From contig NW_015175976.1 of the NCBI RefSeq assembly GCF_001447785.1, positions 777,486 to 841,485 of the forward strand: 64,000 nucleotides of DNA, read 5' to 3'. The stretch comes from Gekko japonicus. Its lineage: Eukaryota. The notes under the pieces were generated by a model. It ran no database searches. It was not told where the DNA came from and saw only the letters and a list, made by a program, of their open reading frames with translations. Positions 40,540-54,405 of the stretch are shown here, in pieces (the stretch's first letter is position 1; the number at the start of each line of letters is the position of its first letter). A program made the translations under genes and the position numbers.

Positions 40540-41650
40540 TATACCGAGGAGCCCTGTAGACTAGGCCGAAGGGAACCGAGGCAGCTAGCGGCGACCTGCT
40601 GAAGGCCAAACTAGCCAATTTGTGGCGGAGTCGACCTTCGTGCCAGGGGCTTCCTGGCCTGCCTCTCGCGCGAACCCGCTAACGGGAAGGGTCCCGGGGC
40701 TTCATATGGACTTGAAAGTCCTCGGCGTGCCGAGGCAGGGGAGTCGCTCCGCTGCCTAGAGTGCGTTGGCTGCTACTCCCCCACCATCACGTGAAAAAGC
40801 AGACGTGTGAACCCGCTCACCCTCACCCGGAGACAGCCCCTCGGGGCCCTGCAGCCCCGCCGGCACCTCGCCGTTCTCCAGGATGTTGTAGCCTTCGTCA
40901 TTTTCGATGCCCGCGATCTCGTTCTCCTGCTGGGCCAGGAAGGCGGCGGCCGGGTCCTCTTCGCCGCCGCCCAGCGTCCCGTTGCCCGCCGGCTGGGGCG
41001 CGCCGAACAGATCGAACTCGGCCATGGGCGAAAAGGAACGGGGGGGCGGAGCCAACCGAAGTAACGGCCGCGGGCGAACGAGGAAAGGCAGCGCTCGAGG
41101 CGGAACCAGCCGTTCAACGGTTCCTGAGGAGGAGGCGACAGCGGCTACTACTTCCGGCCTCCGCGCGGAGCTCGCTCAGCCCGTCAAACCTTTCCCTCCG
41201 CCCTTTTACCCGCACGTCCCCGGAAAGTTCTCTGAGCGACGGCAAGAACCCGCCAACCAAATGGGGACAGGAGGGCGTCCGCGAGCCAGTCGTCACCCGG
41301 GGGAGGCGGGCTTTCTAATACACGCTGTCGAACCAACGTGACTTCTCTTCTCCCCCTCCCTTCCTCTTCTCTCTGCGTGCGCCGAAGAAGCGCCGTGGCC
41401 AATCAGCACCCTTCCCCCCCCTCGCTTGGGGGGGGGCGTGGCATGGATAGGTCGCGTGCGGCAGAGTCAATGAATTGAAGAGTCCCGCACAGGCAGGGAT
41501 TTAGTTCTGTACACCGTTGGGGGAGTCCGACGTGGTTGGGAAACGCGCGCATCCCGGAAAAGGGCAGCATTAGCCGAACTCACACGTGCCACGTTGAAGG
41601 CGCTTTGTAGCCTTGCACGCCCTTTCGGAGGGCACGTGTGAAAAACAGGC
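40540..41650 (-). promoter_or_regulatory. CLTA CpG-island promoter
   Basis: CpG-dense. ETS CCGGAAGT (41150-41157, minus), CCAAT at 41399, GC box ~41434, CACGTG E-boxes at 41583 and 41633. Confidence 0.8.
40827..41025 (-). CDS. CLTA: CLTA exon 1 coding part
   Basis: ATG at 41025. Encodes MAEFDLFGAPQPAGNGTLGGGEEDPAAAFLAQQENEIAGIENDEG..., containing the conserved light-chain consensus segment; donor G|gtgagg. Spliced CDS is 242 aa with exons 5+6, 212 aa without. Confidence 0.97.
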
Positions 41651-43783
41651 AGGTTTAACTGCATGAGTTGTCGGAGCCTTGTTCACCTTACAGTGAACAT
41701 CTTGCCTCTGTTGCGTATGCATCTGTTTGTAATCGCCCACAGCCTATAGTGTCAAAATAAAACCGGAGGACCAGTGCCTGGATAAATGGAGGTTTTAAAT
41801 TCCAGGTTCGAGCTGTGTGTGGAATGTCACGTGGGAAGTACTCGGTGCCTCAACACAGGAAAAAACAATTGGACAGCACTTTATGTGGGTTGTTGGTGTG
41901 CCCACTCCTAATTTGCATAGGGCTGTTTTTGCAGTATGGAAAACAGAAAGATGGTGTAAGGTCTCTCTTAATCTTCATATTGAATAAAATTCTCTTTGTG
42001 GACCGTCATTACAGGTGTGGCATTATCACTCCTTCATGTGGCCTGGAAACCCCTTGTCTTTGCTGAATCCAGTCATGAGCATGTGGGGATAATATATTTG
42101 CCTGTATTATTGTAATCTTATGTCAACAGATGCTGCCATGGGTGATGCCAGGATTTGCCTGTCCTCCAGGACTGTCGGAGCCAAAAAAGCCAGACTCATG
42201 AAGTCGCCTGTTAGGAAGAGATTAAAATATGTGTACAGGAAGTTCAACGGCCACTTTCGGCTTAGTCTGGGTTTGTACATGAGGCAGAAGGAGGTGAGAA
42301 CAGTGTCTGAGGGAGCAGAACAACCTTCAGGAGGCTGCTGGGAGCACCAGATTTGAATGCTCACCTGTGTGGGGAAAAAATACAAGCAAAAAAACTAGGC
42401 CAGCAGTTTCTGGCTCTGGGTAGGTCCATTCTTTAGGCACACCTAGGAGACTGCCTAGGATGCCAGAGGTGATGGGGTGCCAAGAGCAGCCTTGTCACTG
42501 CCTCATCCTCCTGCAGTCTTTTCCCAGTACTGTTTTTGCCTCCCAGTTTGCCCCTGTCAAGCAGTGTCGGACCTCCCCAAGCCACAGCCCCTGGCCAGTG
42601 GGGACAGTTTCCCTGTGGCATGGGACAGGGATGGGAAAAGTCATGTACTTAGGGCACCAAAAACCCTAGGGCTAGTCCTGATCTGGTCCAGCCCCCCTTT
42701 CGCCCTGATGTCATGCTTTTCTGCTTGCAAGGTGTTTATGAAATGCCCTCTTGCTGTCTGAAATGGGACAGTCTTAACCTACCACTGAGACTGTGCCACC
42801 ACTCTGGCACTTCATTCTTCTGGAAGGGTAGATCTACCCTAAGAATGTGTACATAAGAAAAGATTTCTCGGGACTTGGATGCGGTGGATGTGTTCGTTTT
42901 CCGCATTGTCTTTTGGTCAGATTGGTTTTGCAGGTTTTTGTAGGACTTTGAGCTAAAACCTGGAAGCCGTATGTAAAAGGATCACATAGTCATGCGCCCC
43001 AGCATGGTGTAATGGTTAGAGTGTTGATCTCAGAGACCCAGGTCCTCTGTCCTGGAGGCTTCCTAGGTGACCTTGCGCCAGTCACACACTCTCAGCCTAA
43101 CCTACCTCACAGGATTGTTCTTGTGAGGATAAAATGGAGGATAATGTTGCAGAATTTGGGGTTATGTGAGCCTGGGCCTTTGTGTTCTTCTATGCTATGT
43201 AAGTTTTGCTCTAACTGACTTTGGTTTCTTGGTTCTGAAGTCCCATGAGACTTTGTTTTTTTGCTGTCAGCCTAGGCATAAAACTGAGGGCCTTGCCCTG
43301 TAAATGCACTCTTGCCTGAATTCGTATCTGACATTCCCCGTTCTCCAAGTGCCAGGCTCCAACCCTAAACATATACCGCTGTGGAGATGCCATAGCTGTC
43401 TGGGTCTTGCTAACATCGCAGTTAATAAAATATATCTAGGCAAAAGTTCACCCTAGCAAACGGTGTTATCACCATACGGTGGGCTAGCCTAGTACATTCC
43501 GGATTGACGCCTCCATTGGTTCCTATAGACTGGAAAGGGTATAAAAATGTGGCTTTGGGCTTTGTTCTGGACTGTTCGGCCAATCCCCCACCGGTGTGCA
43601 TAAGGGTCTTTGTCCTGCAGTCCAGGAATGTTCCTTGTGCGTCCTAAAAGTGTACACTGTATCAGCTATTGATTGACTTTTATATGTTATTGAGTATTAC
43701 TTGTGTATGGCTTCATCAAAGAGTTACAGTTTGCGTTTTAAGCTGTTGTTCTCTCTGGGTCTTTCTATCCTGGTTCCCTAGAA

Positions 43784-44160
43784 TAAGAAAGAAGCCTGAT
43801 AAAGGGCCAGTATTAAAAACCTAGTGTAAACTTATTATATACAAAAATACATGTATTTATTAGAAAGTTAGAAACATATAAGGGCCCAGTGAAAGCCTCG
43901 TTACACAGTGCAAGTGACCTGAACACAAGGGCCAATACCAGTGCCAATACAAACCTTCTCTGAAGAAGGCCCCCAAGGGGCAGAAACGCATCAGGTCACT
44001 GGTATTGACCCTTGTGTTCAGGCCATTTGTACTTTGTAAGCAGGCTTTCATTGAGCCCTTATATGTTTTTAAATGTCTTTCTAATAAATACATGTATTTT
44101 TGTATAGAATAAGTTTACACTAGGTTTTTAATACTGGCCCTTTATAGGGCTTCTTTCTTA
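43784..44160. mobile_element. Penelope-type inverted repeat (~160-bp arms) with central hammerhead-like core
   Basis: Arms 43784-43943 and 43997-44160 are reverse complements. The spacer contains CTGAAGA-aggcccccaaggggca-GAAA-cgca-TC. Confidence 0.8.
43960..43995 (+). ncRNA. Minimal type I hammerhead ribozyme-like motif (probably degenerate)
   Basis: CUGAAGA core, stem II GCCCC/GGGGC, GAAA, UC cleavage-site dinucleotide, short stem I tct/agg. Two deviations from the canonical form. Confidence 0.55.
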
Positions 44161-44929
44161 GCCTTGTGGTTCTTGATTCCAGTTATTGTTCCCTTAGCCT
44201 GTCTTCATCCATCCACTGAAAAGAACCCGACAGGGTTTGGGATATTCCCCCACAGAGAACAGTATAAGCTGCTTTGGGTCCTCGCTGGGGAGAAAAGCAG
44301 GCTATCAATGAAATAAACAAACAAATAAATGAAGCATTTCACGGGGGGGGGATGAGTTTCTCCAGAAGAATGAGTTTCTCTGCCATGAAACCTTGGGCCA
44401 GTCGCACTTTCAGCCTAAATCTACCTGACAGGGTTGTTGTGAGGATAAAACAGAGGAGAAGGGGAACGATGGAAGCTGCTTTCGGTCCCTTTCAGTATAG
44501 AAAGGTAGGAAATAAGTACATGCGTAGTTGGCTAGGTTGGAAGTTGCCTATTCAATGTCCTGTCCCTTTAACAGGGGCTTAATGTGTGGAAATGGGCAGC
44601 TGAAGCTTTTTCAGTGGCATGGCACTAAATAACTGACATCTGGTAAATAACATCCTATTATGTCTCTGTTAACGGAACAGGATATCCCCACCACCACCAC
44701 CGTTGGCAACCATGTATAAACATTAATTGTATGTAGTTACTCAGTTACTCCTCCCTGCTGAAGACATTACAGATCTCTGGTCCTGGGAGGGAACAGCTAA
44801 AACGGACCCCACCTAGCAGCTGGTATTACAGAGCCAGCAAAGCCGCAGGGAGCGGATATATTGGGAGGGAACAATAAAATGAATATTGCCATTTAAAAAA
44901 ACCCAAACCCTGTAATCTGCTTTAAAGAT

Positions 44930-45563
44930 CTTATGGCTGAAAACTAATAAGTAACCCACTTGTTACTCTCAGACAACTTTCAATCCAAATGGCTGAGAGC
45001 AGTTCATAATAAATTATATGAGCTTGGTTTTTCCCCCCAAGCGATTTTGAGTATGCATTGGGATGTAGCAAAATCAGCCCTAAAACAGAGAATGATGGAC
45101 ATGGAGAGACAGACAGATCTCAGTAGATGTCCTAAGTTTAGAGCCCCAGATTCTGTCAAATATCGCTTGCAACCCATGTCCTATTTATCACAGCTTGATA
45201 CNNNNNNNNNNNNNNNNNNNNNNNNNNNNNNNNNNNNNNNNNNNNNNNNNNNNNNNNNNNNNNNNNNNNNNNNNNNNNNNNNNNNNNNNNNNATTGTTAA
45301 TTGATGGGAACCGGACAATTACCGAAACTGTGGCAAAATTTTGGGTAGCATGCTACTGCATCCGAAATACACGATCAAATATATAATAATAGTTGCCTAA
45401 TAGTCTCTGTTTTATGTTCTTCTTTTACTTTATTACGCTCAACTGTATTTTTATAGAGTTTTATTTTACTGTCCTAAATTCAGTTATATGAATGTTATAT
45501 TTAAGCATGTGTGTTCTATAGCTTGTTGCCGTAATAAATGCCTGACTGACTGACTGACTGACT
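44930..45563 (+). mobile_element. LINE 3' end (clade uncertain, RTE-X/L2-like) spanning an assembly gap
   Basis: Open frame SKWLRAVHNKLYELGF...AKSALKQRMMDMERQTDL...YLSQLD continuing after the gap; ends in AATAAA plus (TGAC)n tail. Confidence 0.55.
45202..45292. other. Assembly gap (91 N)
   Basis: Run of N. Confidence 1.
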
Positions 45564-45948
45564 GGGATATAAATAAATAAATATGCTGGATCAGGTGGGC
45601 TAATAACAGGGTGGTGGTGTTTAGAAAATAGCTCTTTCTCTTGTTCCAGAGACATAAACATTTGCAGAAAGTAGACATCTTACTATCAGTCAGTGGAGTA
45701 TATAAGATGGTAGTGTTTTGGTTTTTTTAATAAAAGGAGTCCTAGTAGTGATATGGAATTTATTTTCATTTTTTAATTTATTTCAAAAAGGGAGGGGGAA
45801 AGAAATGGAATTTAACTGGGCTCAGCCTCATGTCGAACCTTGCCTCCCAAACCCAGATGCATGGAAAGAGGTATTTCAGAAAGGAGAGAAGTACTCAGCA
45901 TATGCTCAGAGGCTCAGCCCTCTTCCTCGAGTGCTGCTGGCCTGAGAT

Positions 45949-46221
45949 TAGGGTTGCCAACTCTGGGTTGGAAAATTCCTGGAGATTTGGGGGGGGTGGA
46001 GCCTGGGGGACAGCAGGGTTTAGGGAGAGGAAGGAACTCAGTGGGTATAATTCAATAGAGTTATTCTGATCTATGAGTGTAAATAAATTTCTGATTTGAT
46101 CTGAATTCAATAGAGTTCACCTCCCAAAGCAGCCATTCTCCTAGGGAAACTGGTCTTTGTAGGATGGCGATCTGGTGCACTCCTGGGAGATCTCCAGGCC
46201 CCACCTAAAGGTTGGCAACCT
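45949..46221. mobile_element. TAGGGTTGCCA-family hAT MITE carrying an internal insertion
   Basis: Similar to 13604-13822; internal 41-nt insert flanked by a 14-bp direct repeat. Confidence 0.75.
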
Positions 46222-46921
46222 TGCCTTATTTAAGAGACTTGTGTACAGTTCGTCGGAATTGGGCAGGGCTTTTCTTGGCCGTTTTCAGTGAGAGGAGGCT
46301 TCCTGTCTCTCATTTCCCCCTTCCTGCTGAAGGCGGGTGCTGGCTCAGCTCCTACCGTGTTTCTCTGGAACCGATTGCGCAGTCCTCAGCAGAACTTGAT
46401 CCGTTCGATTTCCGAAGCTCTGTTACAACAGTCAGGGTCACCCCGGGGTCTGCAGTGGCTTCTGCTAAGGGACCGCGTTGAGGAGAGCGGTGTAACAACT
46501 GAGCCAGTTCTCCAGTCTGCTTCACCCGCCACACCTGTCACCTGCCAGGAAATTCCACAGATGGCTCTGCAATTTCCATGCATTCGTGATCCCCCCCCCC
46601 CGAACCAGAGCTGGCCGAAGGGCGATGCTATTCTAGGACTAACTATACCTGCATGGCGGCCCCTAAATAACACAGGGGAAAATGTGTTTATTTAGATATT
46701 TATATCCCACTTTTCTCCAAAGCCATTCTTTCCTTCTCTAATGTTGTCCTCACCCTCGCCTTGTCAAGTAGGCCAAGCGAAGAGAGACTGGGCACCAGGT
46801 CACCTCGTGATCTTAGATCCTAGTCCGACACGACTGTAATCACGACATCATGTTGGCTCAGTGTAGAGTATGCTGAGGGACCTTTTCAGCAAGCTGATTC
46901 TGTGTGTGTGTGTGTGTGTGT

Positions 46922-47121
46922 ACGCACCTGAAAGTCATGGTTGACTTCTGGTGACCTCCAGTGGGGCTTGGACATTTCAGAGAGGTGGCTTGCTATTGCC
47001 TGCCTCTGCGTCCTGGCCCTGGTATTCCTTGGAGGTCACCCTTCCAAGTACTTGCCGGGGTCGGCCCTGCTTAGCTTCCAAGACCTGACGAAATCGGGCT
47101 TGCCTGGACTATCCAGGTCAG
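46922..47121 (-). mobile_element. 5S rRNA-headed SINE
   Basis: Near-duplicate of 2337-2540; (TG)n tail at 46901-46921. Confidence 0.75.
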
Positions 47122-47222
47122 GGGGAGGCCAGCTGATTCAAACTTTTCAGCTGCCACTTTGAAAAGACGTCCAAGAAAAGTTTATTTAATGTTTTATGGC
47201 CTTTGAAGCTCTTATGCTCTTC

Positions 47223-47438
47223 TAGGGTTGCCAACCTCCAGGTACCACCTGGAGATCTCCTGCTATTACAACTGATTTGGTGACCAAGATCAGTTCCCCG
47301 AGAGAAAATGGCTGCTTTGAAGTGTGGACTCTGTGGCATTATATCCTGCTGAGGTCCCTCCTCTCCCCAAACCACGCCCTCTCCTGGATCCACCCCCAAA
47401 GTCTCCAGGTATTTCCCAACCCAGAGCTGGCAACCCTA
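47223..47438. mobile_element. TAGGGTTGCCA-family hAT MITE
   Basis: TIRs intact; TSD tgctcttc/tgttcttc. Another copy at 53072-53285. Confidence 0.85.
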
Positions 47439-48443
47439 TGTTCTTCTGTGGCTGCTGTGGCTTCCAGTGTCCAAAGGTGCTTTGACCATGATCTGTCCAA
47501 AACGATTGTTCCACACCAGGTTTGCTGCAAAGTCAAGAGAAAGCATGGAAACAAGACAAATAGAGGAGGACATCATATGGATGCTTCCGAAAGCAACATC
47601 GCAGTAAGGAAGCCAAGGCAGAGCCCAGCATCCGTGTGGGAGCAGCCCGACGTTTGGAGGGAGGAGATGATCTGATGTGCTGCTGTGCTCAGTATAGGAA
47701 TAAAACCACAATTTCCCACCTTTTCTGGCTATGCTTCTGTGCCTTTAAAAACAGTATTTTGTTCCTCAGTGCATGCCAGGAAAAGCGGCACCTGGTGTCC
47801 AACACAAATGGCTGTACACAAAATCCAATTATACAGACCCAACTAAAATGTGCAAGTTAACTTTAGTCCTCAAACTTGATCAGTTCATGTTGATTTCCAC
47901 TCCCAAGGCTGCTTTTATTTATACACTTTTAACACTGACTGCTCCAAAGCAGAGTGCCCTCTGGGGGAAACTGGAAGCAGCTGGGCCCCCGAACAAGCCT
48001 TGTTCCCCTCATAGGATACGGTCTCGTGTCTCTGAGGATATACGATTTATGAGGGTCCAAGCCTTATTTTGGGGTGCAGCACGACTCCTGATACCATAGT
48101 AGTATTCAGTGACTGAATGTGTTTTTTTGGTGCCATGCTGCAGGCCCAGATACTGAGAAACTGCAATAACATTGTTCTGCCTGGCCTGCTGCCCTTGCTA
48201 AGCCTCTGAATAAACTGGAACTTGGCACTTTGTCTACAGTTTTGAAAAAAGTTACATAATTTAATGTGTTAATTGTTAATATATTACATGATGACCTCTT
48301 TGTTCCCCATCCAAGTGGTTCTCACAGAGCAGATGTCCCATCCTACCTGAGTCAAGGTACAGGGACATAGTGGCCAAGAGGATGACCGAGAGAACTGGCC
48401 ATTCACGAGGCATGTTTACCTGTGATCTGCAATCCAGTCATTC

Positions 48444-48449
48444 TTTATT
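48444..48449 (-). terminator. CCIN polyadenylation signal
   Basis: AATAAA on the minus strand ~35 nt after the stop. Confidence 0.65.
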
Positions 48450-48484
48450 GCTAGAAATTCTGTTTGTTTTTCTGTCTTCCCTAA

Positions 48485-50287
<1,803 letters not shown>

Positions 50288-50608
50288 TTAAGGAAGATGA
50301 AAGAAATCCATAGAGGACTTTTTGACCAGTTGTTGAAGACTTCACTCTGGGTACACTGGAGTGAGGTCATCAAATATAGCTGCCAGGTCACAATCACCAA
50401 TGACATGTGTTTAAAAAGAGAGTCTTTTCAAATTCCTCCTCCAGTTGTGGGAGTCACACCATAGCTTGACATGGCACTAAAACAAAGAAGACTTGATTGG
50501 AGGTAAGGATTGATAGATGGATTGCTTCTGTTATCTTTTCCAAAGGGTTAGCTGTGTTAGTCTGTATTGTATCAAAATTTAACATCGGTCCAGTAGGACA
50601 CTCCATGA

Positions 50609-51061
50609 TAGGGTTGCCAACCCCCCCAGTTTGCCAGGGGTCCCCCGTTTTGGGGGGGTTCTACCCGCCGCCGGCCAGATGGCCAGCGGGAGAAGCCCCA
50701 CCCCCAACACCCACAGCCACCCCTCTCTCTCCCTTTAAGTGTGTGGAACCCGTGTTTCCTCCCAAGCCTGTGTTTCCTCCCAAGCCCGATCTCCGCTTGT
50801 CGCAGGGAAATGCCAGCTTCGTGCATTAAAAAGGGAAACACAGCTGCTCTTAAAGGGGAAACGCCGGCTCCTGCTCTTAAAGGGGAAACGCCGGCTCCTT
50901 TAAGTGCAGGGAACTGCCATTTCTGGAGATCCGGCACACGGGCGTGGGAGGGGGGCGGCAGACGTCCCCAACGTGACGTCATCATGTCGGGATGCCCCGC
51001 CCCCTCCAGGAACACCCCCAAAGTCCCCCGCTGGGGGTGGAAGATGGACTTGGCAACCCTA
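50609..51061. mobile_element. Young CpG-rich hAT MITE (453 bp) with internal tandem repeats
   Basis: TIR tagggttgccaa/ttggcaacccta; perfect 8-bp TSD ctccatga; internal duplications gtgtttcctcccaagcc x2 and gctcttaaaggggaaacgccggctcct x2. Confidence 0.9.
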
Positions 51062-51315
51062 CTCCATGATGGAGTGAGCGCTAACACACAAAACCTTATT
51101 CTGGAATTTATTTTGTTAGCCTTTAAGGTCCTACTGGATCCTGTTCAAGTCTACTGACTAGTGTGTGTTCGGCCCCCCACCCCACCCCTATTCTTCTTTC
51201 TAAAAAATGTTAGGCTTTACAAAAGACTCCTTTTAGCAATATGCTTTACTGATGGTCATTTTGGAATGCATTCTGGTACAATTTATTAGGTTAAGCCTGC
51301 ATAGGAAACCTGAGC

Positions 51316-51484
51316 TGGATGGCCCAGGCTAGCCTGATTTTGTCAGATTCTTGGAAGCTACGCAAGGTTGGTCCTGGTTACTACTTGGATGAGAGACCAC
51401 CAAGGAAGCTGAGGGTTGCTACAGAGAGGCAGGCAGTGGCAAACCACCTCTGCCTGTCTCTTGTTTTGAAGACCCTATGGGGTT
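51316..51484 (+). mobile_element. 5S rRNA-headed SINE
   Basis: ggaagctacgcaaggttggtcctggttactacttggatgagagaccacc (5S-like) plus ggcaaaccacctct tail. Confidence 0.72.
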
Positions 51485-51489
51485 AGAAA

Positions 51490-52070
51490 TATAGAAACAT
51501 AGAGCTGGAAGTACCCTCCAAGGTCATCGAGTCGAACTCCCTACACTATGCAGGAAATTCGCAACGACCTCTCTCCCCCATTCCCCTCCCCCCCCACACA
51601 CACACACTCTATGCCCAGAGGAAGGCCAAAAACCTCTATGATCCCTGGGGCAATCTGGCCTGGAGGAAAATTCCTTCCTGATCCCTGGGCATATAAGAAA
51701 GGGCCATGAAAGCCAAGCTCTGGCTCATCCTTTTCTGCCCCCCCCCCCCTCATATCTGCCTAAGTTCACAGAATCAGCATTGCTGTCAGATGGCCATCTA
51801 GCCTCTGCTTAAAAATGTTCAAAGAAGGAGAGCTCACCACATCCTGAGGAAGCTTGTTCCACTGAGGAACCACTCTAATGTCAGGAAGTTCTTCCTCATG
51901 TTCAGCTGAAAGCTCTTTTGATCTAATTTCAATCAGTAGGTTCTCGTTCGACCTTCTGGGGCAACAGAAAACAACTCCACTCTTTATCCTCTGTATGACA
52001 GCCCTTCAAATAATTGAAGAGCACCCTCAGATCACCTCTCAGTCGCCTCCTCTCCAGGCGACAGGACAGC
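51490..52070 (-). mobile_element. CR1 LINE 3' fragment
   Basis: Translates LERRRLRGDLRVLFNYLKGCH (CR1 ORF2 C-terminus) with the CR1 3' end at ~51490. Confidence 0.85.
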
Positions 52071-54405
52071 ACTTTCCACCACCACATAGGAAACAGCTTA
52101 TAAATTATTTTGTTCTCGTGGTCAAACTGTACTGGCAGCTGCAGCAGTAATGGGGAAACCAGGCAAGCCTGTCCCTGTGTGGAAAACCCCTTCGTATCTG
52201 TGGTTTCATAATGCCAGAAGGGAGGGAACATGTCATTTGTGTGACTTAATTTTTAAAAATCGCCTTTACAGAGTTACCTGAGCAATACCGACAGGTCCCG
52301 GCCCCCAAGGAGCTTACAAACTGAAAGAGATGGGGGGGGGGGGGGGGAGAACTGAGAGAGGGGAAATGGTGAAGAAATGCCATTACAAAAGATCCCCAAA
52401 TGACACAGGATTGAGAGAAGGGCCTTGAACTGGATAGCAAATGTGGGGAAAGGGTAACAAGAACCTGACCCTGGCTCTCTGCAAGGCGGACTGGTAGCGA
52501 GGGTGCCTTTGGGGAAGAGGCAGGGAGGGCGCATTGTCCCTCTTTGGTCTTCAGGCTCCCCATGTGATGGATCCTTAAGGGCTCTAAAAATCCATATTTC
52601 TAGCCCAGTCTTGGTTCTTCACCCTGTGTTACAAACAAGAGTATTTGCAAGTTAAAGATGGGTGGGACCTCTTATTGTTTTGAAGATAAACAGTGTACAC
52701 AGGTATACCACCTCATTCTGATGCTTTCAACATTTTCTTCCAGCTCTGCTGATTTCTGGTATTGGAGTCAGGCTGGGAGCAAAACCCTTAAGGTGACAGA
52801 GCGCCTGATACGGTGTAAGACAGGGCAGGGTACAACGCTCCTTGACCATACACTGTTATTGTGAAAATAGCTGACCCTCACACACTATTTAGATAGCAAT
52901 GGATGTACTAAAGATTTACATAGATTTCCCCCCCAGTCATGCATGGTCCCAGAACCATGGTTGGCTTCCTAATTTGCCAAGCAGATGTCATACATACCTG
53001 TCTACCCACCCACCCACCGGCCTCAGCCCTGGTACCTTAAAAAAAACAACCACAAGCAGCACACTACTATATAGGGTTGCCAACCTCCAGGTGGTGGCTG
53101 GAGATCTCCTGAGATTACAACTGATCTCCAGGCAACAGAGATCAGTTCACCTGGAGAAAATGGCTGCTTTGAAAGGTGGACCCTATGGCATGGTGCCCCA
53201 TTGAAGTCCTTCTCCAGACACCACCCTCCTCAGGCTCCACCCCTCAAATCTCAAGGTATTTCCCAACCCAGAGCTGGCAACCCTCTCAGGCATTCTGAAA
53301 ACACTGTCCAAGACTTGCCTTTGAAACATTATAGTTTACCCAGACTGATGGTGTTACTCCATATATGATTGATCCTACTCACTTTCCCAACTGTAAACCC
53401 ACCAAAGCTTTAAGAGGCCTTGACGGCCGGCTTGGAAGATAGGGTTGCCAAATGGCCTGGAGAAAAATGGCCCATACATTTAATACAGTCTCGGTGTGTG
53501 GAAATGGGCAGTGGAACCTTTCCATGGCATGGAGGCAAACAACATCACCATGTAAATAACATCCCATTAAGCCTCTGTTAAATGAACAGGACAGTTTTCT
53601 CCAGGAATGTTATCAACACTGGAAAAGAGTAGATGGAGTCTCTGTCCCCCTCATCCTTCAGTGTCCCTAATATTATGAACATCAGTCATATCCCCCTTGG
53701 TCAGAGATCCCCAGTATGGTGTTGATGGATACCACAGGGCCCATGTTTTTCCTGCTGCCCATTTCTTTATTCTTCAAAGCAGAGACCCAGTCCGACCCAG
53801 TCTGACTTTCTTCTACCTCACTGAACTTAAGGTGTTTCAGAAGAGCTATGAACACATTACTTTTGTCTCCAAGGAACATCCACTTGGAAACTGCTATGTC
53901 TATCACAGGAGGTTGCTTCACTTGGAACTTCCCAACATTTTATGACTGGCCCCAGTCCTCATGGCCACCATGTTGTGATTAGGAAAGACCTCCTCTCAGG
54001 TCAGAGATCCCTGTTATTGGTCATGTTTTGCTAAACTCAAAAGCTCCCAACACTGTGCTCTTTCTTTGTAGAAAAAAATGCTTCAACTTCTTGATCATGT
54101 TGATTTGACTTTTTAAATACAGACGATCGCTTACAGCTCAACCTGATCTATTTTTACTTGGAAGTACATCCCATTCATATGAAGGGGATGTACTCCCAAA
54201 TAAGGGTCTGCAGGGATAGTGGCGGTATCTTTTTCTAAATTAACTTGTTTCCTTTCACCTTTCTGTGTGTAAGTACACAGGGTAGCGCTTTAACTTCCTG
54301 AAGCCCAGCGCAGGCAAAATCAGAATCCTGTAGGAGGAAGAGAGGTTGCTTTTGCAGCTGATTCATCCTCCAGATGTTCTAATTTTCTTGTCACAGTAAT
54401 GTCCC

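Larger units (their letters stand above)
43145..44254 (+). mobile_element. Probable solo LTR inserted in a SINE
   Basis: TG...CA ends with imperfect terminal IR (tgttgcagaat/attcccccaca), flanks gataa/gagaa, TATA (gtataaaa ~43539). The host SINE breaks at ~43144 and resumes at ~44255. Confidence 0.55.

Noticed and set aside
40761-41402. Overlapping Arg/Pro/Gly-rich ORFs at the CLTA 5' end
   Set aside because: Stop-poor CpG island artefacts; only the MAEFDLFG frame is CLTA.
50572-51157. 171-aa and 138-aa ORFs with repeated peptides
   Set aside because: They lie within a GC-rich MITE with internal tandem repeats; no transposase motifs.
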